From: Candidatus Omnitrophota bacterium
GTDB taxonomy: Bacteria; Omnitrophota; Gorgyraeia; Gygaellales; Profunditerraquicolaceae
Direction of reading: 5' to 3'
NCBI GenBank assembly: GCA_028712175.1
Contig: JAQTQQ010000002.1
Span: 40,405 to 104,404, forward strand
Length of the DNA: 64,000 nucleotides
Shown here: piece after piece, positions 18,968-28,104 of the stretch
Numbering within the stretch: the stretch's first letter is position 1
Layout of the letters: each line of letters begins with the position of its first letter
The notes under the pieces: model-generated
Told to the model about the DNA's origin: nothing
The model's input: the letters and a program-made list of their open reading frames with translations, nothing else
The model's database searches: none
Position numbers and translations under genes: made by a program

Positions 18968-20213
18968 ACAAATACGCAGCGGTTACCGCAACGATGGTAA
19001 AAGGAAAGCCTATCCTCATAAAATGCGCGAATTTAACCGGATACCCTTCCTTTTTAAGCAGTCCGCAGGCAACGATATTGGCTGATGCCCCGATAGGCGT
19101 AATATTGCCCCCTAGGCTTGCTCCAATAAGTAAGCCAAAAAGGAACAAGGAAGGGTTAACCTGTAATTTATCCGCCATAATCATAGCTACAGGAAGCATC
19201 GCGGCTAAAAAAGGGACATTATCGATAAATGCCGAAAGGATGACCGAAAAAAATACTATCACCGTATAACCCAGGAAAATATTGCTGCCAACCAGACTAG
19301 CCAGATAATCCGCCAGCACCTGGATCCACCCGGTGAGCGAAACCCCCCCTACAATAATAAAAATACCTATCAAGAAAAATGTCGTATCCCAATCCAATTT
19401 CTTAAGCCCAGAGGCAATCGAGGCCTTATTAGCCAGTTTCTCCCAAATTAAAGCAATAATACCAAAAGCCATACAGATTTTCCCGGCAAGAGAACTAAAG
19501 CCGGTATCAAAAAATGAGGAAACCGCTAATAAAACAATTAGGCTCACCAATAAAACAGTAGGCACCCAGCTTTTCACTTTCTCTACAGGGATAAGACGTA
19601 CCTTCAGCTTGTGTTTTCTGAATATAAAATAAAGCACGAACAGAGAAACTAGCGCACCTAGCTCTACGGCAAAAAATATACTGGGTTTTCCTTTGTAAAA
19701 GAAAAAGTCCCCAAAATTCATCTTAGCAAACCCTCCCAAAAGCATGCTTGGCGGATCCCCGATCAGGGTGGCTGCCCCCTGCAAGTTGCTAGAAACAGCA
19801 ATGGCAATCATCATGTTCGTAGGATTGATCTTTAACTTTTTAGCTAAAGCCAGGGCGATGGGCGCTACGATTAATACCGTAGCCACATTCTCCACAAAGG
19901 CAGAAATAAAACCGCTTAAAGCACAAATAAATAAAATCGCCCAGGCTGTATTCTTAGCCTTATCTACAACTGCCTCGGCAATATAAGCAGGAACACGGCT
20001 CTGCATAAAAACATCGGCAATAATCAGGGTGCCCACAAATATACCCATAACGTTCCAGTTAACCGCAAAAAAAGCCTCTTTTAGAGATACTGCTTGAGTC
20101 AAAACCAGTAAAATGCTCCCGGACAATGCCACAAGCGTGCGCCTATGCGGCAGGAGTATAAATAATAAATAGGCAAGCAAAAATACGGCTAAAGATACCG
20201 CCTTAGGGCTCAT
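18945..20213 (-). CDS. ArsB/NhaD-family (CitT-like) ion transporter permease
   Basis: 422-aa polytopic protein with the SLC13/ArsB-like motif SSNLQGAATLIGDPPSMLLGGF. Confidence 0.65.
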   Translation of the reverse strand: MSPKAVSLAVFLLAYLLFILLPHRRTLVALSGSILLVLTQAVSLKEAFFAVNWNVMGIFVGTLIIADVFMQSRVPAYIAEAVVDKAKNTAWAILFICALSGFISAFVENVATVLIVAPIALALAKKLKINPTNMMIAIAVSSNLQGAATLIGDPPSMLLGGFAKMNFGDFFFYKGKPSIFFAVELGALVSLFVLYFIFRKHKLKVRLIPVEKVKSWVPTVLLVSLIVLLAVSSFFDTGFSSLAGKICMAFGIIALIWEKLANKASIASGLKKLDWDTTFFLIGIFIIVGGVSLTGWIQVLADYLASLVGSNIFLGYTVIVFFSVILSAFIDNVPFLAAMLPVAMIMADKLQVNPSLFLFGLLIGASLGGNITPIGASANIVACGLLKKEGYPVKFAHFMRIGFPFTIVAVTAAYLFVWFIWR

Positions 20214-20228
20214 ATAATCTCCGAGATT

Positions 20229-20612
20229 TTAAGTAAAACTAATGATAATAATTCCCAAAACAATTAATCCAGTGCCCAGCCAACGCAAAGAACTAAATTT
20301 TTCTTTTAAAATCAACCTGGATGCCAGAGCAATAAAAATATAATGCATGCTGTCTGCGGAAAAAGCAAAATTAAGGTCCGCCTTAGAAAGCACGACCAGC
20401 CAAATACATAGAGATACCGCGCTAAAAACAAAACCCAACCAAAGCCGGGGCTTAAGGATCAATTGGAAAATAAACTTAAAAATATTTGTAATACTAAAAG
20501 TTGGCGTAAAATTTAAAGAATTTATCGCGGATTTTAAAAATAGCTGGTTTATAGTATCACAGAGGCTGGTCAAAGCAATCAGGAAAAGAACTACTAACAG
20601 GCCCTCTTTCAT
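20229..20612 (-). CDS. SMR/EamA-like small DMT-superfamily membrane protein (ArnF/ArnE-like flippase subunit)
   Basis: 127 aa with four transmembrane helices. Overlaps its partner gene by 4 nt. Confidence 0.5.
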   Translation of the reverse strand: MKEGLLVVLFLIALTSLCDTINQLFLKSAINSLNFTPTFSITNIFKFIFQLILKPRLWLGFVFSAVSLCIWLVVLSKADLNFAFSADSMHYIFIALASRLILKEKFSSLRWLGTGLIVLGIIIISFT

Positions 20613-21025
20613 TTTACCGGAACAATCCTTTCTTTACTGCTTATAGAAACCAATATAACTCCGGCAAGAATAAGCAATATTCCGCCCCACCTTAAGATAG
20701 TAATATGTTCATGTAGAAAAATAACGGAAACTACCGGGACCAGGATATAGCTAAAACTTGCGATAGGCACGGCTACGCTTAGGTCTATTTTTGCAAGCAC
20801 CGTAGACCAGATAATAAATATTAGGACAACAGTGAATAAAGCCGCCCAAAGAAACGGCGAAGCAAGAACTCCTTTTAAAAATACCAGGGCCGAGGCTAAA
20901 TCCAATACAGAAGAGCTGCCTTGAGACAAGGCGCTTTTCTTAAAAAAGAAGTGGACCGTTGTTTCAAGCAAATCGCTAGCAATGAGCAATACCAATATTT
21001 TAAGCGTGACCTTTTTTTTAAACAT
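20609..21025 (-). CDS. SMR/EamA-like small DMT-superfamily membrane protein (ArnE/ArnF-like flippase subunit)
   Basis: 138 aa with four transmembrane helices. Paired with the gene at 20229..20612. Confidence 0.5.
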   Translation of the reverse strand: MFKKKVTLKILVLLIASDLLETTVHFFFKKSALSQGSSSVLDLASALVFLKGVLASPFLWAALFTVVLIFIIWSTVLAKIDLSVAVPIASFSYILVPVVSVIFLHEHITILRWGGILLILAGVILVSISSKERIVPVK

Positions 21026-21030
21026 ATGGC

Positions 21031-22149
21031 TTATTTCCTGATCTCCTTATCAAAATTATCCGGCTTGAGGAAAGGAATGAGCAACTTAATAAAAAAATTG
21101 AAAAATATATTTCTATGCCTTAAATAAGCATAAAGCGGAATAAGCTTTCCGCCAAGCCTAATCTTCGGTTGATAATCAGTTTGCCCCGGGTAATAATAGC
21201 GCAAAGAATTGTCTATGCACCATTTAATATTATAGGCCCAGCTGACAAAATACAAATTATATCTGTTAGATATATCATAATCGAAACCGACGAACTTATC
21301 AATGAGCAAATCATCATAAACAAAACAAAGATTAAAAGCGGCCAGCCTGCCCTCTACGTAAAAAAGGAAAAAGCGGGCATGCTGGCTTAAATCATGAGAA
21401 ACCTGTAAGAAGAATTTCTTGGTTAAGCGCTCAAACTTAGTTTGACCGCTTTGGTAAGTATTTTCGTAAAGTTTAAATATTTGGTCAATCTGGTTTCCCG
21501 CATCGCAGGCAACTTTGACCTCTATATTTCCCCGCTCGTTCGCCAGTCTTATTTTTTTATTTAAATTCTTGCGGGTAGAACTGCCCAGGCTTTTAATATA
21601 GCCTTCAAAAGAAGAAAAATTAAGTTCAAGAACCACGCCGGGGAAGCTTTCTACCCTCGAAAACCCCTCCTGCACCAAAGCATCGAGAAAATGCCTGTCT
21701 TGTTTTAGAAAATCCTTAAAGATTATAAGTGGAGCTTTGATTTTCCTGCTAAAACCCATTATGCCTTCCGACAAAAACGGGATAAGCTGCGGGATTTTTT
21801 TATAATCCCGGCTAACCCCCAAAACCCCATGCTCTCCAAAAGGTGACCCGCAGAAGAGTGTATTTATAATTAAAAACCGGGGAAAAATCCTGCGGATAGG
21901 TTTAATAATTTTGGAAAGCCAGCCCTCCACAGCGATATCCAGGTTAAAATCAGCTAAAAAAAGCGGAGCAATAAGCACGACTTCGCTATCACACTCCATA
22001 ACCAGATAATAAAATCTAAAACCGATAAGCTCAGAGTTTTCTAATGCCCTATAAAAAGAATAGCTCTCCGGGATACCCCCAAAAACAGCATCCCATTTCT
22101 CTCGGCCTATCTGGTCTATATTATCTAGTATCTTAGAGTTAACTTGCAT
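21031..22149 (-). CDS. hypothetical protein, possibly a FemAB/BioF2-like GNAT acetyltransferase (PF13480-like)
   Basis: 372 aa. The size and context (next to DegT and the flippase pair) fit polysaccharide-cluster acyltransferases. No firm motif. Confidence 0.3.
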   Translation of the reverse strand: MQVNSKILDNIDQIGREKWDAVFGGIPESYSFYRALENSELIGFRFYYLVMECDSEVVLIAPLFLADFNLDIAVEGWLSKIIKPIRRIFPRFLIINTLFCGSPFGEHGVLGVSRDYKKIPQLIPFLSEGIMGFSRKIKAPLIIFKDFLKQDRHFLDALVQEGFSRVESFPGVVLELNFSSFEGYIKSLGSSTRKNLNKKIRLANERGNIEVKVACDAGNQIDQIFKLYENTYQSGQTKFERLTKKFFLQVSHDLSQHARFFLFYVEGRLAAFNLCFVYDDLLIDKFVGFDYDISNRYNLYFVSWAYNIKWCIDNSLRYYYPGQTDYQPKIRLGGKLIPLYAYLRHRNIFFNFFIKLLIPFLKPDNFDKEIRK

Positions 22150-22205
22150 TTGCGGTTATTTTAGCATAAAATGAATAAATAGAATAACAGAAAAGGAACT
22201 ATAAG

Positions 22206-23426
22206 TTGAGCTTGATACGAGAAATCCCTCCAACCGCAGGTTGGCCGCTTTCAATAATAACCCTAATCGCATCCTGCCTTAAGAAACATCCCCGAGGGCT
22301 ACTGGAAGAAGATTTCAAAAAACACCTAGGCTCTCCAAGCGCCTTACTTACCTATTCAGGTACCGCTGCATTTTACTTGATCCTGGAGACTATAAAAAAA
22401 CTTTCCAATAAAAAAACCGTAATTATCCCGGCTATTATCTGCCCGCTAATACCATTGGCAATAAAAAAATCCGGCTTAAAAATAAAGGTATGCGATACAA
22501 ACGCGAATAATTTTGATTTTGATTTAATCAAGCTTAAGAATATCTGCTCTTCCGATAATGATATTCTTGCCATACTCGCCGTGCATTTAGGCGGCCTGCC
22601 TATAGATTTCCTTGCGCTTAAAGAAACCGCCCGTTCTTCTAATGCCTTTATCATTGAGGATTGCGCACAGAGCTTGGGCGCTAAATACCATAACAAAGAA
22701 ACCGGTTCCCTAGGCCAGTTTTCATTTTTTAGCCTTTGCCGCGGCAAAGGCCTTTCAATTTATGAGGGGGGGATCGCAGTAACGAATGACCCTAAATTCT
22801 CCGGGGCCCTAAATGATACTGCTCGAGAAATAATACGCCGGGATACCTTATCTGAATCTTTAAAGATCACCGAGCTTTTTGCTTACAGTATTTTCTACCG
22901 GCCCGGCTTGTTTTGGTTTGCTTTTAGGCTTCCGCAGTTATTCTGGCAATTACGCAATAACCCGGAAAAAGCAATGGGTGAATATTTTAAACCTGATTTT
23001 CCGATACATAAGATTTCCGCTTTTAGAGAGTATGTCGGGCATATTAATTTCCCTAACTTAAAGGAAAGGATCGATGAACAGCGGAAGAAAATAGAAATCT
23101 ATTTAAGCGGGTTAAGGAATATCCCCGGAATAAAACCTATTGTTGAGCTGGAACAAACAACAGCAAGCTATCCCTATCTTGCTGTTTTGTTTGAAAATGC
23201 TAAAAAGCGCGACTCTGCCCTAAGTTTATTTAGGAATTCCGGGCTAGGTATTTCACAGATATACCTAAAAGCAATCACGGATTATGCTTATTTAAAAGAT
23301 ATTGTTCCTAATACAGAATGCGGCAATAGCCGCACGCTTTCTGAAAGGACAATCTCTTTAAGTACAAGCAGCTTTTTAAATGAGTCCGACTTGAAAAATA
23401 TACTTAAGGCTTTGAGTAAAATCTAA
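22206..23426 (+). CDS. DegT/DnrJ/EryC1/StrS-family PLP-dependent sugar aminotransferase (ArnB-like)
   Basis: 406-aa DegT-like sequence, with the PLP-lysine region SFFSLCRGKGLS. Confidence 0.8.
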   Translation: MSLIREIPPTAGWPLSIITLIASCLKKHPRGLLEEDFKKHLGSPSALLTYSGTAAFYLILETIKKLSNKKTVIIPAIICPLIPLAIKKSGLKIKVCDTNANNFDFDLIKLKNICSSDNDILAILAVHLGGLPIDFLALKETARSSNAFIIEDCAQSLGAKYHNKETGSLGQFSFFSLCRGKGLSIYEGGIAVTNDPKFSGALNDTAREIIRRDTLSESLKITELFAYSIFYRPGLFWFAFRLPQLFWQLRNNPEKAMGEYFKPDFPIHKISAFREYVGHINFPNLKERIDEQRKKIEIYLSGLRNIPGIKPIVELEQTTASYPYLAVLFENAKKRDSALSLFRNSGLGISQIYLKAITDYAYLKDIVPNTECGNSRTLSERTISLSTSSFLNESDLKNILKALSKI

Positions 23427-23434
23427 AGAAAAAT

Positions 23435-24298
23435 ATGATAGTTTTCTCGTTAAAGGAAGACAGGCGTTTAGTCACCGAAATACCCAATACCGGCTTTTTT
23501 CTTAAAGGGGATAAAAATCTTTGTTTTTTGATCCATGGGCTCACCGGCACAGCCAAAGAAATGGGCTCTATCGCCAAACATTTAAATAAGCAGGGGTTTT
23601 CCGTTATAGCCCCCTTAATGGCTAACCACGACAAATCCATCTCCTGTCTAAAAAGGACATCCTGGCAGACTCTTTACGATTCAATACGCAGCGAATTCAT
23701 CAAATACGCCAATGATTATGAAAATATTTTTGTAGCGGGCCTGTCTTTCGGCGCTTTAATCGGTATCATGTTGGCTCATGAATTTCCTCATAAGGTAAGA
23801 GCGTTAAACTGCTTCTCCCCTACCCTTTTTTTTGACGGTTGGGGTAACCCTAAATCCAGGGTATTTCTCCCTCTGGCTTATAAAACTCAACTGAAATATT
23901 GGATATATTTTAAAGAAGAATACCCATACGGAATAAAAAACGAGCGGCTAAGGGCAAAAATCGAAGGTTTTTATAAAGAGGCTAAGCTTTTTGATTACAG
24001 TAAAGTGCACCTTTACGGATATCCGGTCATCCCGGTATCCTGTATGTACCAAAATGAACTTTTGGCAAAAAAAGTAATCTCAGTGCTTAAAGAAATAAAA
24101 ACACCGATACAGCTGATGCAGGCAGAAGATGACGATGTTACCAGCCCAAAGAATTCCTATTATATTTATAATCGCATCAGCTCAAAAGAAAAAAGGATTG
24201 TGTTTCTGAAAAACTCTTACCACATTATCACAGCGGATCAAGAACGGGATAAAGTCGCCCAAGCTACTGAAGAGTTTTTTAAAAAATATAGGGGCTAA
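23435..24298 (+). CDS. alpha/beta-hydrolase-fold esterase
   Basis: HGLTG oxyanion-hole motif and GLSFG nucleophile elbow. Confidence 0.7.
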   Translation: MIVFSLKEDRRLVTEIPNTGFFLKGDKNLCFLIHGLTGTAKEMGSIAKHLNKQGFSVIAPLMANHDKSISCLKRTSWQTLYDSIRSEFIKYANDYENIFVAGLSFGALIGIMLAHEFPHKVRALNCFSPTLFFDGWGNPKSRVFLPLAYKTQLKYWIYFKEEYPYGIKNERLRAKIEGFYKEAKLFDYSKVHLYGYPVIPVSCMYQNELLAKKVISVLKEIKTPIQLMQAEDDDVTSPKNSYYIYNRISSKEKRIVFLKNSYHIITADQERDKVAQATEEFFKKYRG

Positions 24299-25224
24299 GA
24301 AAACACTTCCTGAAGCAACTGCAAGTTAACCCGCTCATTTACAGAAGTAATTAAACTAGGCAAACAATTATCCGCGCTTGGGTGCTTAGGATGGTCGAAC
24401 TTAGATATGGCTGCTTTAATTCTTCCCGCTATCCGGGGCGGCGAATAATCTCCTGTCACATCTAAACCAACTATATCCAGGTTGTGCCGTATCAGCCTTA
24501 ATGTAGCCAAAAGCTGCTCTAAACTCAAAAATCCTTCTTCCCAATTAGTAAGCGCGTAATCGGCCCGCAGGCAATCCTTATCAATTGACACATAAACCTT
24601 GTTCGTAGGCAGGCGCCTGATTAGCTGGAGGAAAAAACCGGCTAAATCTTTATTTTCTAACTGGTCCCAAATGATTTGATCCGAAAAAATACCTTTCCTG
24701 ACGGCAATGGACTGACTTTGCCTAAGGCCCCTGAAATAAACACGGCTGGGTTTTTTCCTGTAAGGATAAATCTCAAGGCGGCCGCTGGATAAAGCTCCGA
24801 GATTAGCTGTCTGCAGCGCAGGGAAAGATAAATCTTCTGAACCCGGCCCGATAAGCACGCACTTGACGATAAACTTATTCTTGAGCGCCTGATTAACCCA
24901 GGAACCGCAGGCAAAACGAGGCGAGAATAAATCCCAATCCGGATGAAAATCAAAAACAATCAGGCAGGCTTCTTCATTAATGCGGCTGGTCAGCACTTCG
25001 CTGATATGGTGAAAATCTCCGGAGCCCAAGAAACAGGGGTAATTTTTACCGTCATCTCCTAAATCCCTAAGAATCTTACTGCGTACTCCGGAAGGCATAA
25101 AAAGCCTGGCGCAGTTAGCCAGGCCGGTAAAATCGACAACTTTGGTTAAATATTCAGAAAAAAGTTTACGCTGGGCAACGATACTATTATCAAAATTCAA
25201 AATACGTAAGCCCTTATCCAGCAT
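24295..25224 (-). CDS. divergent arginase/ureohydrolase-fold protein
   Basis: Motifs GSGDFHHIS, VFDFHPDWD and VSIDKDCLRADYA parallel the arginase GGDHS / DAHxD / SxDxDxxDP motifs, but they are degenerate. Confidence 0.4.
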   Translation of the reverse strand: MLDKGLRILNFDNSIVAQRKLFSEYLTKVVDFTGLANCARLFMPSGVRSKILRDLGDDGKNYPCFLGSGDFHHISEVLTSRINEEACLIVFDFHPDWDLFSPRFACGSWVNQALKNKFIVKCVLIGPGSEDLSFPALQTANLGALSSGRLEIYPYRKKPSRVYFRGLRQSQSIAVRKGIFSDQIIWDQLENKDLAGFFLQLIRRLPTNKVYVSIDKDCLRADYALTNWEEGFLSLEQLLATLRLIRHNLDIVGLDVTGDYSPPRIAGRIKAAISKFDHPKHPSADNCLPSLITSVNERVNLQLLQEVFS

Positions 25225-25292
25225 AAGAAAATTTTATGATTTCTCAAGCGCCCTCTTTAACGCATCTTTAAAAAACGGCCCTTAAGCCAGTT

Positions 25293-25970
25293 TCACTCCC
25301 GTATTAATTTCCTTTTCAAATAAACAAAAACATCTTTCAGGTTATAAAAAGCCATATAATCCTTCTTACTGTCCTTAAGATGCCTGAGGAGATGGTCTTT
25401 TGCGAATACAACCTGTGCATGTTTTGCCGGACAGGCATCTGACTGGCCGTCACCAACATAAATTATTGTCGAGCCCTTCAGAGACCTTGCCAGGAGGTTT
25501 TTTGTCTTACAATGCGCGCAAACTTGACAATCTTTATTTTTAAAAGGGTAATCCGTAACTACTTTTCCTTTAAGAAAACTTAACTTATTGGCATAAACTT
25601 TAAGTTTATTTATTCCGTTGATCTTTAGGACACGATTAATTATATAATCGTAATTATCGCTTAAAACAAAGGTTTTAATTTTTTTGGCCTGCAAAAACCT
25701 GTAAAGCCGTTTAAAGTAAGGGTCTAGCTTAATTTTTGGTAAATAGGCATCGAGATTTCTTTTATTTAGCTCCATCCCCCTAAGCTGGCCTTCCAAGCAG
25801 GTCTTTGAACCTATCCTGCCGCTCTTCCATCTTTTCTCAAGCTCTACCCAGCGGTCATCCTTGGAAAAAAGCAAAAGCATATTATCAAAAACATCGCAGG
25901 TAGCAATTGTATTGTCAAAATCAAAGAAAATAATGCATTTTTTAGGTAAAAGCTCTATATTTTCCATCAT
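25293..25970 (-). CDS. HAD-superfamily phosphatase (HAD-IB / MtnX-like). Start placed at the internal Met.
   Basis: FDFDNTI motif I, ...VGDGQSDA motif IV, and a C-terminal Cys cluster like MtnX. The longer track ORF start would overlap the upstream intergenic region. Confidence 0.55.
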   Translation of the reverse strand: MMENIELLPKKCIIFFDFDNTIATCDVFDNMLLLFSKDDRWVELEKRWKSGRIGSKTCLEGQLRGMELNKRNLDAYLPKIKLDPYFKRLYRFLQAKKIKTFVLSDNYDYIINRVLKINGINKLKVYANKLSFLKGKVVTDYPFKNKDCQVCAHCKTKNLLARSLKGSTIIYVGDGQSDACPAKHAQVVFAKDHLLRHLKDSKKDYMAFYNLKDVFVYLKRKLIRE

Positions 25971-26099
25971 TCTCAGGGTTGTAAAAAATATACCCCTATC
26001 TATTTTAGGGGCAGTATTTGAACTAAAACTAGCTTCCTTTATTATTTTAACCCTAACCCCAAAAACTGTCAATCTCTAACTTTTGGCGCAAAAATCTGC

Positions 26100-27104
26100 C
26101 TAAACATATACTCCGGGAAGGGGCGCCTGACAAAACAGGCACTTGCCTGCGGAAAGATTGAACTCGGCGATATCAAAACCCACTCTTCTTATTAAAAGCT
26201 TCTTGCATCGGCTGCAAAAAGTATCCTGGCCCCATCCTGTGGTATTGCCTGCGTATATATAATGTAGCCCCCGGGCTTTGCCTAATTCATAAGCAGCCTT
26301 AAGCGCGGCTTCGGAGGTACTCGCATAATTATCAAACCTGTAGTCTGCATGAAACCGGGAAATATGCCAAGGGATATTTGCGTCCAGCGCAGCGATAAAG
26401 TTCGCTATACCTGACAATTCTTCCGGGGTGTCATTTTCACCGGGGATTATCAAAGTAGTGACCTCAACCCAGGCCCCCAGATCATGCAATAGGTTAATAG
26501 AATCAAGAACGGGTTTTAGTTTAGCGAAACATATTTTTTGGTAAGAGCTTTCTTTAAAGAACTTTAAATCTATATTAGCCGCATCCAGATACGGACCAAG
26601 CAGGAGCGAAGCTTCTTTGGTCATGTAACCATTCGTAACGAATATATTAAACAAGCCTGCTTCCTTTGCCAGCTTCATTACTTCTAAAGCAAACTCAAAA
26701 TAAATCGTCGGTTCGGTATAAGTATAGGCTATTGATTTACAATTGTTCTGTTTAGCCAGCTTTATGACATTCTCGGCGCTAAAATCTTCACCCGGGCTCT
26801 GGTTAATAAAATTGGCCTGGGAGATCTGCCAGTTTTGGCAAAATCCGCAGCGAAAATTACAGCCGGCACAGGCAATAGAAAATGCGTCTGAGCCGGGTAA
26901 AAAATGATACAGTGGTTTTTTTTCAACAGGATCCGGGTTTGAGGCAACCAGCTTTCCATAATTATGGGTATAAAGGATCCCCCCGACGTTTTGCCTAACT
27001 GCGCAAAAACCAAACTTGCCGTCATTTATCCTGCATCTATGCGCGCAAAGCTGGCAGTCTGTTTCCTGTGCTTCTGATCGGGTATAAAGCGCGGCTTCTT
27101 TCAT
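26100..27104 (-). CDS. radical SAM enzyme, AmmeMemoRadiSam (AmrS) / PFL-activating-enzyme family
   Basis: N-terminal CQLCAHRC zinc-ribbon-like motif, then the radical SAM CAGCNFRCGFC (Cx3Cx2C). Confidence 0.8.
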   Translation of the reverse strand: MKEAALYTRSEAQETDCQLCAHRCRINDGKFGFCAVRQNVGGILYTHNYGKLVASNPDPVEKKPLYHFLPGSDAFSIACAGCNFRCGFCQNWQISQANFINQSPGEDFSAENVIKLAKQNNCKSIAYTYTEPTIYFEFALEVMKLAKEAGLFNIFVTNGYMTKEASLLLGPYLDAANIDLKFFKESSYQKICFAKLKPVLDSINLLHDLGAWVEVTTLIIPGENDTPEELSGIANFIAALDANIPWHISRFHADYRFDNYASTSEAALKAAYELGKARGLHYIYAGNTTGWGQDTFCSRCKKLLIRRVGFDIAEFNLSAGKCLFCQAPLPGVYV

Positions 27105-27106
27105 TT

Positions 27107-28087
27107 TTATATTAACAAGCGCGCAAAATCCTTTTTGGCTGCGCAAGCCACCTTTTGCAGAGTATCTTTTGTCTCCGGAACCTTCCTATAAAAAACTTTT
27201 ATCTCTTTTAAGCTGTGGACGTCGGTATAAGCGGAAGTTATTTGAGAAGACAAAAGTACCTGCTTTCTGGTAACTGCCCCCCTGATTAAACATGTTGGTC
27301 CGGCAAGATCGCTTTGCGGAAACATTAAATAATCTTTGCGTACTGCGAATTTAAGAATAAGATTATTTTCTTTCTCATCCCTGCCTACAACAAGCCGGGT
27401 TCTTTCTCCTATACGAAAATGCCTGCCTATTTTTAAAAGCTCTAAATTATCCGAATTTAGTTCATTGTGAAGTAAAAGCTCTCTTAGCTTCTTGGAAAAA
27501 CAGGGATCTGTCAAAAGGCACCCTCCGGCAGGAGTCAGGTAGTTTAAAACACCCAAGCTTTCAGCCAATTTAACCTGCGGGGTACGCGAGCGCCCGTTAA
27601 GATTAAGGAGCTTTTCTCTTTTTACCCACCCTTCTTTTTCCGCTAAGCTTGGAGGAAAAAACTGCGCAGATAGCGGACGCAGCAAAAAATCCCCGAGCCC
27701 GCTTCTTTCCTGAATCAACTTTAAAGCCTGCTTGTTCTGGGACATCGGCCGTTGGCCAAGAACCTCTCCTGAAACAATAAATCTGGCTCCTAAGCCGGGC
27801 ATTAATCCTTTAGCTTTACTAAACATTAAAATCTTGCAGTCAATACAAGGGTTCATATTCGAGCCGAATCCGTAACGCGGTTTACGGATAAGGCAGAGAA
27901 AATCTTTGCCCAAATCAACTTCGATTATTTTCATCCCGATCTCGGGGTATTTTTCTTTGAAATTTAATTTACAAAAAGGGATTTTAAAATGTATGCCGGT
28001 TATCTCTATGCCCTGGTTTTGAATAAGTTTTGCTGCCAACAGACTATCCAGTCCGCCGGAGATTAAAGCCAATGCTCTTATTTTCAT
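27107..28087 (-). CDS. PP-loop superfamily ATP pyrophosphatase (ThiI/TtuA-like sulfurtransferase-type)
   Basis: N-terminal ISGGLDS PP-loop, NPCIDCK CxxC, and the ThiI-like motif SGEVLGQRPMSQ. Its stop codon lies 2 nt before the rSAM start. Confidence 0.6.
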   Translation of the reverse strand: MKIRALALISGGLDSLLAAKLIQNQGIEITGIHFKIPFCKLNFKEKYPEIGMKIIEVDLGKDFLCLIRKPRYGFGSNMNPCIDCKILMFSKAKGLMPGLGARFIVSGEVLGQRPMSQNKQALKLIQERSGLGDFLLRPLSAQFFPPSLAEKEGWVKREKLLNLNGRSRTPQVKLAESLGVLNYLTPAGGCLLTDPCFSKKLRELLLHNELNSDNLELLKIGRHFRIGERTRLVVGRDEKENNLILKFAVRKDYLMFPQSDLAGPTCLIRGAVTRKQVLLSSQITSAYTDVHSLKEIKVFYRKVPETKDTLQKVACAAKKDFARLLI

Positions 28088-28104
28088 CTATCAATTTAGT
28101 TAAA

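Noticed and set aside
24657-24959. 100-aa minus-strand ORF nested in the arginase-fold gene
   Set aside because: It lies in a different frame within a longer, motif-bearing ORF.
26762-27025. 87-aa ORF inside the radical SAM gene
   Set aside because: It is an alternative frame of the rSAM coding region, whose Cx3Cx2C motif fixes the true frame.
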